Below are positions 1-8,074 of a stretch of DNA of 44,857 bases, in pieces (the stretch's first letter is position 1; every line of letters starts with the position of its first letter). The stretch spans positions 1-44,857 of the IMG/VR virus record IMGVR_UViG_3300009012_000003. One strand, given 5' to 3'. Position numbers and translations under genes: made by a program. Origin of the DNA: a virus. A model generated the notes under the pieces. It did not search any database. It saw only the letters and a list, made by a program, of their open reading frames with translations, and was not told the DNA's origin.

Positions 1-123
1 GGGCGCGCTTCAAGCACGCCACCACGAGCTGGATCGCCTTCTGCTCCAGTGACTTGCGTGACGCGTTGGCGCGGCGGCTCACGGCGTCACCTCCGTCATG
101 CTATCCTTGTTCCAGTTCGGACC
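1..123. repeat. Terminal direct duplication, left copy (identical to 44735..44857)
   Basis: Read directly: bases 1-123 match the last 123 bases exactly. The repeat spans the polymerase stop codon and the next gene's start. Confidence 0.95.
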
Positions 124-2397
124 CTGCTTGATCACGACCGGCACGCGGAATCCCGGCGCCACCTCCGGCCACTCGGCTTCCATGACCTGGCGCATGACCA
201 CGGCGACCGTGCGCACCGCCCCCGCGGGCGCATCCACCAGCACCTCGTCATGCACCACGGTCACGATCCACGCGTCGAGCGGCGCTAGCGCCACCGCCAG
301 CGGTCGCAGTGTGCGCCACAAGATGCACGCCGCTCCCGACTGCGGGTGAAAGTTGACGGCGCGACTCGCATCCTGGCGCCCGCGCGGAAATGGCGCCCAC
401 TTGCCGAACACGTTCCGCAGCTCGCGTTCGCGCTCCACGCTGGCGATCACCGCGCGGCGCCACGCCTCCCACGCCAGATAGCGCGCAAACAGCCGCTGCT
501 GGAATGTCTGGCACTCGGCAAACGTGATCGTGATACCGTGAGTGCGCATTTTGCGGTGCAGCAGCCGGGGCGTACCAAGGTACGCGGACAGATAAATGCC
601 AGTCTTCGCTACCTTGCGCGTGCAGCCGATCGCCGTTGCCGCCTGCGCGTGGATGTCGCTCGCCAGGTCCGCCTGCATGACCTGGTCGCCCGCCAGTGCC
701 GCCGTCAACCGCAGCTCAATCTGATTCCAGTCGGCTGCCACGAGCACACGCCCTGGCGCGTGCGGCACCACGAGCGTGCGAACGCTGGGCGGTAACTGCT
801 GCACGTTGGGATCGCGCGCCGTGGGTCGCCCCGAGTACGCAATCCCCTTGTTGCCAGCGTCGTCGTCCTTGGCGCCCGGCAAGTAGCTGGGGTGCACGCA
901 CCCATCCGCGCCAATGAAGCGCTCAGGCAGCTTGCGTGCCGCCACCGCAGCACGCATTTCCAGCAGCGCCGTCGCAGCGCCCGCCGTGTCCATCCCGCGC
1001 GCAATCCAGTCCACGAGCGTATCCACGTCCGTGGCGTCCACGCCAAGCGCCCGTGTGAGCTGCGCTGGTGATTGCGGATTGACGCCAGGGTGCACCTCAT
1101 GGAATCGCGCCCGTGCCGCAGCTTCGCGCATCGTGCTTTCGTGCATCCAGCGCGGCAGTCCCGCCTGGTCGATGCGCAATCCGCGCTCGGTCATGCCGAT
1201 CAGCACCGGCAGTGCTGGCATCATCGTGCTCTCGAACCACGCGCGCTGTCCGGTGCGCACTAGTTCGCGCACGAGCGGTTCGCGCAAATCGAACGTGCGC
1301 CTCACATCGAGCGCGTTATACCGCGCTGGCTCCTGCTCCGCGCGGTGCTTGTGGCGCTGCGCATCCAGAAACAGCGAGATGGCCCAGTTGAGTCCCTTTT
1401 TGCCATCGGGCTGCACCTGGTAGGTCGCGAGCATCGTGTCAAACAGCGGCCCGGTGATGGGCGCTCCCGCAGCGCGCAGTCGCGGCTCATCGAACGCCGC
1501 ATTGTGCAGTACGATTTCACGCCCCGACGCCAAGTGGGCGCGCACCGACTGCGCGTTTTGCTGGTTCCATGCGACGCTCCAGACGCGTAACTCATCCGCC
1601 ACGCCCACGCGTACGATCTCCCCGCCCCCGTCGGTCTCGATGTCGGCCGCAAGCGGTCCCGTGCCCGCGAAGTAGGTCACGAACTCGTCGAACGCCACCG
1701 TGCCCAGCCGCAGCTCGCCGCGCAGCGCGCGACCGGCGCGCCTGAGGTCAGCCGCGAGCACAGGCGCGAGCGCATACCCGCTGCGCACGACCGCCGCCGG
1801 GTGCAGCACCGGCAGGATCGCGCTCACGCCGGCGCGTGCCAGTTCGGGTGCCACCTCGATCGTCTGGCGCACCAGGCGCATGTCGCCCGCGCGTGCGGCC
1901 CACCCGGTGCCGCCGCACACGCCGCACGCTGCGTCGGCAAGCCAGCGCTGGCGGCGCTGCCGCTGCGGTGTGGGCGTCCCAGCTGGCCCCACCCCACCAC
2001 CCCACCCCCCAGCCGCTACCGTCGCAGTTGGTGCGGCAGGGTCGGACGGGAGTGCCACCGCCGTGACGGGCTGGCGGCAGCGGCAGGCGCGCCCCGACTT
2101 GCGCGCCACCTCCACCGTGCGCTTGACGCTAACCCACTGCGGTAGCTCGCTCGGCAGCACCACGTAGCCGCGCCACGCATCGATCCCGCCCACGAGACCA
2201 GTTTCGCGAATGGCATCGCCCAACAGCAGCACGGTAACGCCCGCACTGCCATCGAGTTCGCTGGCACTGTCAAGAAACTGGACAGCGCTCGTCCCGATGC
2301 CCGCGGCACCGAGCAGCTTCCACAGTAGCCGCTCTCCCGCAGCCACGAACGGGCGCAAGCGCGGGCTTGCGGGCGTGCGCCCCAGGACTGCGAGCAC
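79..2397 (-). CDS. polA: Family-A DNA polymerase with 3'-5' exonuclease domain and an extra N-terminal (UDG-family-4-like?) domain
   Basis: Exo motifs AADIETDG, HNAAFDEPRL, YNALDV. Pol motifs DPNVQQLP, KTGIYLSAYLG, VTVVHDEVLV. Start is uncertain: GTG 2397 lies 1 nt after the upstream stop, and the longest option is TTG 2460. Confidence 0.9.
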   Translation of the reverse strand: MLAVLGRTPASPRLRPFVAAGERLLWKLLGAAGIGTSAVQFLDSASELDGSAGVTVLLLGDAIRETGLVGGIDAWRGYVVLPSELPQWVSVKRTVEVARKSGRACRCRQPVTAVALPSDPAAPTATVAAGGWGGGVGPAGTPTPQRQRRQRWLADAACGVCGGTGWAARAGDMRLVRQTIEVAPELARAGVSAILPVLHPAAVVRSGYALAPVLAADLRRAGRALRGELRLGTVAFDEFVTYFAGTGPLAADIETDGGGEIVRVGVADELRVWSVAWNQQNAQSVRAHLASGREIVLHNAAFDEPRLRAAGAPITGPLFDTMLATYQVQPDGKKGLNWAISLFLDAQRHKHRAEQEPARYNALDVRRTFDLREPLVRELVRTGQRAWFESTMMPALPVLIGMTERGLRIDQAGLPRWMHESTMREAAARARFHEVHPGVNPQSPAQLTRALGVDATDVDTLVDWIARGMDTAGAATALLEMRAAVAARKLPERFIGADGCVHPSYLPGAKDDDAGNKGIAYSGRPTARDPNVQQLPPSVRTLVVPHAPGRVLVAADWNQIELRLTAALAGDQVMQADLASDIHAQAATAIGCTRKVAKTGIYLSAYLGTPRLLHRKMRTHGITITFAECQTFQQRLFARYLAWEAWRRAVIASVERERELRNVFGKWAPFPRGRQDASRAVNFHPQSGAACILWRTLRPLAVALAPLDAWIVTVVHDEVLVDAPAGAVRTVAVVMRQVMEAEWPEVAPGFRVPVVIKQGPNWNKDSMTEVTP

Positions 2398-2398
2398 C

Positions 2399-2941
2399 CT
2401 ACGACGCAGCCGCTGGCGCAGCTGGCGGTGGCGTGGGCGCCCGGCGCCGCGGCCGCGCAAGCGGCCCGCGCGGCTTGCGCTTGAGCCCCCCGACCTCCGC
2501 CACGAGCGCCTGCGCCCGCGCCTCCAGCTCGCGCCTAATCGCGCCCACCACGATCCGGCGCGCCTCCCCCAGCTCGCGCTCGGTCAGCGCGAACGCGCTA
2601 CCGTGCCAGAAGCCCCTGCCGTCGCTCAGGCCAACGTGCTCCATGGCGGTGACGCCCTGCAGTGCTGTCGTGGTCGGCGCGATCGTCCCGGTTGGCCCAC
2701 CCCCCACACCCCCACCCCCCAACCGCTCCATCGCTTGCTCGTCCACAGCGTTGTCCGCAACCGGCGCCGTGAGCTGCGCGCGCGCCTCCCCCGGTACCTC
2801 GATCCGCCCCGGCTCCAGCTCGCTCCACTGCGGTACCACGGGGCTGCCATGCTCATCCACGTACCCCACAGCGGGTGGCCCCGTCGTGCGCCCCTCATGC
2901 TGGTTGATCAGATCTATCGTTTGCAGCGGTGTCAGTCCCAT
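2399..2941 (-). CDS. Hypothetical protein, Gly-rich centre, basic Pro/Ala-rich tail
   Basis: 180-aa ORF with balanced composition. GGAGG lies 7 nt upstream of ATG 2941. The stop lies 1 nt before the polymerase GTG. Confidence 0.6.
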   Translation of the reverse strand: MGLTPLQTIDLINQHEGRTTGPPAVGYVDEHGSPVVPQWSELEPGRIEVPGEARAQLTAPVADNAVDEQAMERLGGGGVGGGPTGTIAPTTTALQGVTAMEHVGLSDGRGFWHGSAFALTERELGEARRIVVGAIRRELEARAQALVAEVGGLKRKPRGPLARPRRRAPTPPPAAPAAAS

Positions 2942-3410
2942 GCGTCACCTCCATGATCCACGCGGCCATTGTCCCAGGTTCTAGACCAGTTAGTAGCTGC
3001 GGTAGGCTAGCCGGCGTCGGGTGCCACCCTGGATTGTGATAATGCCTGCCATGCGCAATCATCCACCGATTGCGCAGCTCCTGCAGCATGCACGCTGGCC
3101 ACGGCCAGCGGTAACCAGCGTGCGTCCACACATCCCCCGGCATCGGTTGCGCCTGCGCCGGCGCATCGTCGGGGTCCCAGTGGAAGTCCGGCACAGTACC
3201 TGCCGCCACCGCATGGCAATAGTCAACATGATCTCCATGCCACAAGCGCAGGTGCAGCGGTAGATCCCCGTACCCGCGCCACGCGCGCCTGCACATCCTG
3301 CAGTTTTTGCGATACCCGCTTCCATCGTGCACGCGTTTGAACCACGCCACCGTCTGCTGCACCGCGGTCAGCACCACCCCGAGCAGCAAAATCTGCGTCC
3401 CGACGCTCAC
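2895..3410 (-). CDS. Membrane-anchored Cys/His/Trp-rich protein
   Basis: GTG 3410 overlaps the upstream stop (GTGA). N-terminal hydrophobic helix GTQILLLGVVLTAVQQTVAWF. CRMCRR and HLRLWHGDHVDYCH clusters. Confidence 0.55.
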   Translation of the reverse strand: MSVGTQILLLGVVLTAVQQTVAWFKRVHDGSGYRKNCRMCRRAWRGYGDLPLHLRLWHGDHVDYCHAVAAGTVPDFHWDPDDAPAQAQPMPGDVWTHAGYRWPWPACMLQELRNRWMIAHGRHYHNPGWHPTPASLPQLLTGLEPGTMAAWIMEVTHGTDTAANDRSDQPA

Positions 3411-4528
3411 GCCAGCTCTGTCCACGGAATCCACGCCGGCGGTACCAGCGCCGAGTTGCCGCCCACGCGCACCACCAATACGCGCTTGCTGGGCCGCTGT
3501 GGTGGCCACGCCGTCTCACAGTCCGTCACTACGAACACGCAATCACATGGCTGCCGGCACGCCCACGCAATGGCCCCTGCCATGTCGGTCCCACCCCCGG
3601 TGTACTTGAGTTTCGCCAGGTCGCGCGCGCTGCGCACCGCCTGCCGCACATGCAACACGGTGTCCCACGCCGCCACGTCCACGCGCGCACCCACGCTGCG
3701 CACCACGCTGAGCACCGCCTGCGTTGCCGCTGCGAGATGCTCTTCCATGCTGCCGCTGACATCCAGCACGCACAGTGCCCGCAGCGGATGCGCCACCATC
3801 GCCGGCAGCACCACGCCCGCCGCAGCCTGCTGGCGCCGGCTGGGGCGCCCGAACGCATAGTCCTGCACCCCACGCGCCGTCAGCGCTCCCTGCATCGCCG
3901 CAATCATGCCGCTGCGCTTGCCAATCCCCAGAATGCGCAACGCCTCGTCGCGCATGCCCGGGTCCACGCCGGCCGCATTACCACGCACAATCTCGTGCGC
4001 ACTCTCGACGCGCGCGTCGTGCCGCTCCCGCTGCGCCTGCTCGCTGTCCACACCGCCCGCGGCGTGATTCCCGCACGGCTTGCCCACAGCGAACAGTTTG
4101 GGCAGCCGCGGGTAATACCACTCCGCGAGCATCCGATCTTGCAACCCAAACGTTGTCGGCGTCAGGCACTGCGGTGGTCGCACGTACTGCGCAATCTCCA
4201 GATCATGCGCTACGTTCCACGCCAGCGCTTGCCGCCCCAGCTGTCGCTCCCAGTACCCTAGAAACACATGCAGCGCCTCGTGCTTGATAACTTGGATGAG
4301 CGCTTGCTGCACACCATCGACTGCTCCCGTGCGCCCAACCAGCTGCTCCACGAACTTGGGATTAACGAGTATGCCAAGGTCCGGCAGCGTCCCGAACGTC
4401 TCCACCTGCTCGCTCAACCGTGGCTTGAGCCGCAAAATAATGGGCGCCATGTAGGGCAGATCGCGTGCAGCATGCACCTGCGCTAGCCACATGTTGCGCA
4501 GTACGTTTGAACTAGAGAGCTGCTTCAC
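3407..4528 (-). CDS. VWA-domain protein with N-terminal HExxH metallopeptidase-like domain (DUF2201-like architecture)
   Basis: MIDAS-type motifs VLDVSGSM, GGGTD, VVTDCET in the C-terminal half. VIKHEALHVF in the N-terminal half. GTG start overlaps the stop of the 41-aa ORF (GTGA). Confidence 0.8.
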   Translation of the reverse strand: MKQLSSSNVLRNMWLAQVHAARDLPYMAPIILRLKPRLSEQVETFGTLPDLGILVNPKFVEQLVGRTGAVDGVQQALIQVIKHEALHVFLGYWERQLGRQALAWNVAHDLEIAQYVRPPQCLTPTTFGLQDRMLAEWYYPRLPKLFAVGKPCGNHAAGGVDSEQAQRERHDARVESAHEIVRGNAAGVDPGMRDEALRILGIGKRSGMIAAMQGALTARGVQDYAFGRPSRRQQAAAGVVLPAMVAHPLRALCVLDVSGSMEEHLAAATQAVLSVVRSVGARVDVAAWDTVLHVRQAVRSARDLAKLKYTGGGTDMAGAIAWACRQPCDCVFVVTDCETAWPPQRPSKRVLVVRVGGNSALVPPAWIPWTELA

Positions 4529-4650
4529 TGGCGCCCCCGCCGGCGCTCAAGCCAATCAAACACCTTGTCGCACCCACTCCAGATCCACCATCCCATGGTG
4601 AGCCCGCAGCCGTAGGCCCAGATCAACCACACCCACGCGACCTGCTTCAT
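4525..4650 (-). CDS. 41-aa Trp-rich single-pass membrane peptide (absent from ORF track, below length cut-off)
   Basis: Hand translation: MKQVAWVWLIWAYGCGLTMGWWIWSGCDKVFDWLERRRGRQ. The ATG overlaps the AAA+ stop (ATGA) and the stop overlaps the VWA start (GTGA). G/C-rich third codon positions. Confidence 0.6.
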   Translation of the reverse strand: MKQVAWVWLIWAYGCGLTMGWWIWSGCDKVFDWLERRRGRQ

Positions 4651-5768
4651 GGCTTACCCGCCGGTCGCTTGCCGTGCGGCGCCGCAAGCGGCGCATCCGC
4701 CGTCAGCTGCGCCAGCACCTCGAACACCCGCCGCTGCGTATCCGTAATTGGCAGCCGTGACAGCGCCTGCTGATGGCTGCCGAGCGTGGTATACACAACC
4801 GGCGCATGCAGCACGCACAGCACCTCCGCCACCTGCCACAGCGTGTCCGGCTCGGCCCCGCTCAGCACGCGCTCCACCGCCCGCTGCAGCATTCGTCGTG
4901 CCATGTCCGGGTCCACGATCTCGTGCAGATTGACACCCACGCTCTGATCCCGTCGCGCCTGCTGCCACGCCACCGTCTCGCCCTGGCCCACACACCCCGC
5001 CACGAGCACGCCTTCCAGCTCCGGCAGCTGCGCCACCTGACACAGCGCCGCAAGCTTGAGCGCATTGTGCCACGCGCGCGGACTTGCAAACGCCCCCGGC
5101 GCAGGCTTACCGTACAGCTCACTGGTTTGCATCACGCTGCGCGCTTCGCGCACCAGCTCGCGAAATGCCTTCGCGTACGCATCCGCATCATGCACCAGCA
5201 GCGCCTCGCCCTCCGCGAGTGTCGTCCCCTCCAAGTACTGCGTCCACGCCGCCACATCCGGCCCCGCGATCTTGAGGTGCACAAACCGGTTCGCAAACGC
5301 GGGCGCCAGTTCCCACCCGTTCGCCGCATCATCCACCGCATTCATTGCCGCCACGATCCGCACTTCCGGCCCCAGTGCCAGCTCCCCCACCACGCGATCC
5401 AGTACCACGCGCAGCAACGCAGCCTGCGTTGCCGGCGCCGCCGTATTCACCTCGTCCAAGAACAGCACACCCGCGCGCCCCGCCAACCGGCGCGCCCACT
5501 CCGGCGGCGCCAGCCTGACACCGCCCTCCACCACGAGCGGCAGCCCCGCAAAGTCCGTGGGCTCGCGCAAGCTCGCAACCACCACCTCACACGCCAATCC
5601 GGCCGCGCGCGCCACCTGCGTCACGAGGCTGGTCTTGCCAATCCCCGGCGGCCCTTCCAGCAGCAGCGGTGGCATGTCCGCGCGCGCCCACACCAGCCGC
5701 AGCACCGTGCGTGCCGCTGCCAGGCTCAAGTTCCCTTCCACCGCGTTCGGGACCGCGGTAGTACTCAT
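4647..5768 (-). CDS. MoxR/CbbQ/NorQ-type AAA+ ATPase (AAA_5-like)
   Basis: Walker A LEGPPGIGKTS, Walker B VLFLDEVN, sensor-1 IVAAMN, ANRF arginine region. GGAGG lies 6 nt upstream of ATG 5768, which is preferred over 5819. Confidence 0.85.
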   Translation of the reverse strand: MSTTAVPNAVEGNLSLAAARTVLRLVWARADMPPLLLEGPPGIGKTSLVTQVARAAGLACEVVVASLREPTDFAGLPLVVEGGVRLAPPEWARRLAGRAGVLFLDEVNTAAPATQAALLRVVLDRVVGELALGPEVRIVAAMNAVDDAANGWELAPAFANRFVHLKIAGPDVAAWTQYLEGTTLAEGEALLVHDADAYAKAFRELVREARSVMQTSELYGKPAPGAFASPRAWHNALKLAALCQVAQLPELEGVLVAGCVGQGETVAWQQARRDQSVGVNLHEIVDPDMARRMLQRAVERVLSGAEPDTLWQVAEVLCVLHAPVVYTTLGSHQQALSRLPITDTQRRVFEVLAQLTADAPLAAPHGKRPAGKP

Positions 5769-5828
5769 TCGCTGCCTCCGCCATTGGGAGTGTTGTTTAT
5801 AGCCCCACACGCCGGCCACGCCGCGCTG

Positions 5829-6344
5829 CTAGCCGCGCTTGAAGCCATTCATGTTGAACCGCGCCGTCTCGGGGTCCACCTTGTCGCTCTTGATGCTGAT
5901 GCGCGCCACGACGACACGCCCATCCAGCATAGCAACGTTCATCCCGCTGAATGCCTGCAGCAGCCCCTGCGTGATGTCCAGATCAATGGCCTTCGCCAGC
6001 TCCAGCAGCGTGCGCACGCTGATCTTGCTGGGCTCATCGTCCGCCATTGCCGCACGTGACTGCAAGCTGGCCTTTGTGATCCAAAACGAGTACCTGAACT
6101 CCTGCAGCGCATTCTCCCGGCTGCCGTTGTCCGCCACCTTGAAGCTCACTTCCACCACCAGCTTCCCCTCTGGCAGCTTGGTCGCCGGCCCGCCCACGTT
6201 CACATTCGCACCCATGATCTTGATGGGCTCGGTCCACCGTACCGTCTGCCCCGGCTTCCACCCACCCGGCGGCTTGAGCGGCAGCTGCGACTGCACTTCC
6301 TGCATCACGTCCGGTGCGATATACAGATCACTGAAGTCTGTCAC
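5829..6344 (-). CDS. Hypothetical protein; position suggests a DUF669-like ssDNA-binding partner of the Sak4-like ATPase
   Basis: 171-aa ORF. GTG 6344 overlaps the upstream stop (GTGA). The function guess rests on synteny only. Confidence 0.55.
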   Translation of the reverse strand: MTDFSDLYIAPDVMQEVQSQLPLKPPGGWKPGQTVRWTEPIKIMGANVNVGGPATKLPEGKLVVEVSFKVADNGSRENALQEFRYSFWITKASLQSRAAMADDEPSKISVRTLLELAKAIDLDITQGLLQAFSGMNVAMLDGRVVVARISIKSDKVDPETARFNMNGFKRG

Positions 6345-6544
6345 TGTGACACCCCCTTCTTGATAGAATACAACGCGTCGAAATCCGGCAACCGCGTATC
6401 CAGATCAACACCCAGCTCTGCAAGAATCGCCGCTACCGCAGAGCCAACCAGCGCTTGACTCACCTTGGGATCGTTGGCTAGGATCAATCCCTGCAGCAAC
6501 TTGCGATACGTCAGCTTCCCCTCACGCACCAGCTCGTGGCTCAT
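6341..6544 (-). CDS. Hypothetical small protein (67 aa)
   Basis: ATG 6544 overlaps the stop of the upstream ATPase gene (ATGA). Begins MSHELVREGKL. Confidence 0.55.
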   Translation of the reverse strand: MSHELVREGKLTYRKLLQGLILANDPKVSQALVGSAVAAILAELGVDLDTRLPDFDALYSIKKGVSQ

Positions 6545-7386
6545 GGCGCCACCGGCGCCGGCGGCCACAGCATCGCCGGCTGCTGTCGCGCCAGCTCGCG
6601 GCGCGCCTCCTGAATCTTGGTAAACGCGACCCAGAACTTCTCCGGCGCCCCCGTCACATCCGTCACCGGGATCGGATTCGCGAGCGCCCCGGTCGGCATC
6701 TTGGCGCTCCAGAAGCCGTGATTCGCAGTGTGCACGAAGTACCGCATCCCCTTGCCGTCCGACTCACGCCGCAGGTAGAACACGTGATCAAACTCCCCCG
6801 CGATGTCCTTCGACATGGTCATGTTGACGGTCGCCGGTCCGCCATACAGCCCACCCGGCTCACCCGACTGCGGCTCCTGCCAGTCGGACCAGAACAACGC
6901 AATCACATTCAGCCGGCTGGCCTTAATCTTGGTAACTACGTTATTGATCATGGTGTGCGTGACGCCATAATGCGGCTTGTCGGGCATGCCGAACGCATAC
7001 GCGCCGGTGCCGATCGACTTCTTGCCATACAAGCTCGACTGGGCCGCGGCGTACAACACCTGTCGACTCAAGCTCGTGACGGTATCAAGAATGATCGTGT
7101 TACACCCCGCCGGCGCTTTCCAGTCCAGACACTCCATGGCGAACGTATACGGGTCGTATGCCCCATCCGCTGGTGCCATGACGTGTAGCCGCGCATGATG
7201 CTCCGGCAGCACGCCCAGTAGGCTGCGCTCTTTCATGTCGAACGGCACGTACGCCGCACTCTCACCCCAGATCTCGCTGCCCCACGGCAAGCTAGTCGCA
7301 AGCGTAGTCTTACCGTCCCCCGGATTACTGTGCAGCAGAATCTTGTACGGCTGCGCGATGATCTCACCCGGCGTCAGGATCTTCAT
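6541..7386 (-). CDS. Sak4-like / AAA_24 RecA-fold ATPase (recombination-replication)
   Basis: MKILTPG..., Walker A NPGDGKTT, Walker B IILDTV. GGAGG lies upstream of ATG 7386. The N-terminal 46 aa of the track ORF look non-coding. Confidence 0.75.
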   Translation of the reverse strand: MKILTPGEIIAQPYKILLHSNPGDGKTTLATSLPWGSEIWGESAAYVPFDMKERSLLGVLPEHHARLHVMAPADGAYDPYTFAMECLDWKAPAGCNTIILDTVTSLSRQVLYAAAQSSLYGKKSIGTGAYAFGMPDKPHYGVTHTMINNVVTKIKASRLNVIALFWSDWQEPQSGEPGGLYGGPATVNMTMSKDIAGEFDHVFYLRRESDGKGMRYFVHTANHGFWSAKMPTGALANPIPVTDVTGAPEKFWVAFTKIQEARRELARQQPAMLWPPAPVAP

Positions 7387-7532
7387 GACTTGCCTCCCCA
7401 GCACTTGCTCCAGCGCTCTAGCGGCGGGCGCAGCAGCTTGACCGCGTAGCCGACCACACCCACCACCGCCAGCGCGTACGCCGCAACGCCCAGTACCAGC
7501 AGTGCCAGCAATCCCAGCACCCACGCGCTCAT
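7383..7532 (-). CDS. Small membrane protein (49 aa)
   Basis: MSAWVLGLLALLVLGVAAYALAVVGVVGYAV... ATGA overlaps at both ends (7529-7532 and 7383-7386). Confidence 0.55.
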   Translation of the reverse strand: MSAWVLGLLALLVLGVAAYALAVVGVVGYAVKLLRPPLERWSKCWGGKS

Positions 7533-8074
7533 TTCGACAGCTCCATGTTCAAGATCACGCTCTTGACCGCGAGCGGCTGGTCCGAGATGTGCACGATCTG
7601 CCCGCCCGACAAGTAATGCTGATGATACACACCCTTCGCGTCCCACCAGTACAGGTAATCACCCGAAGCGCCATACGTTCCATCATCACCCAGTACCTCG
7701 TCCGTGTAGTACGTATTATCGCCAATAACGAGCGGGAAACCCCACGCACTCTCATGCCCATTGATCGCACTGGGCGTCAGCCGCTTGCCGCCTGACGTGA
7801 CCTTGCCGCGCACCGTTGAGTAAATCAGCACCTGCCCTGAGTACGCGCTAATCACATACAGATGCTTGATCGCGCCCGGCTTGTTGTCCGCAAGCAACCT
7901 GTCGTGAATGTTCTGCTGCTCGATCGTGAGACCCGCGCTGTTGGTCGGCACCGCAACCTGCGCCCGCGCGAGTCCCGATGCCGACAGCTGCCGCGGCGCC
8001 TGGTCGCACCCCGCAATCACCAGCAACGCAATCCCCACTGCTCCTACCGCTGCCGCCAGCCAGCGCATGCTCAT
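7529..8074 (-). CDS. Lipoprotein (181 aa)
   Basis: Signal peptide with lipobox LVIAGC (MSMRWLAAAVGAVGIALLVIAGCDQ). ATGA overlap with the upstream gene. Confidence 0.7.
   Translation of the reverse strand: MSMRWLAAAVGAVGIALLVIAGCDQAPRQLSASGLARAQVAVPTNSAGLTIEQQNIHDRLLADNKPGAIKHLYVISAYSGQVLIYSTVRGKVTSGGKRLTPSAINGHESAWGFPLVIGDNTYYTDEVLGDDGTYGASGDYLYWWDAKGVYHQHYLSGGQIVHISDQPLAVKSVILNMELSK

Noticed and set aside
2626-2898. 90-aa ORF whose ATG overlaps the stop of gene 2895..3410 as ATGA
   Set aside because: The product is Arg/Trp/Gly-rich junk-like sequence. The alternative frame (2399..2941) has a GGAGG SD and a balanced, protein-like composition, so the ATGA is probably coincidental.
4773-6059. 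428-aa plus-strand ORF opposite the AAA+ ATPase gene
   Set aside because: It is His/Arg/Pro/Gln-rich low-complexity sequence lying antisense to a gene with unambiguous Walker motifs. The same reasoning applies to 19160..20278(-), 21857..22963(-), 31452..32900(-), 38689..39516(-), 39550..40269(-) and 41314..42465(-).
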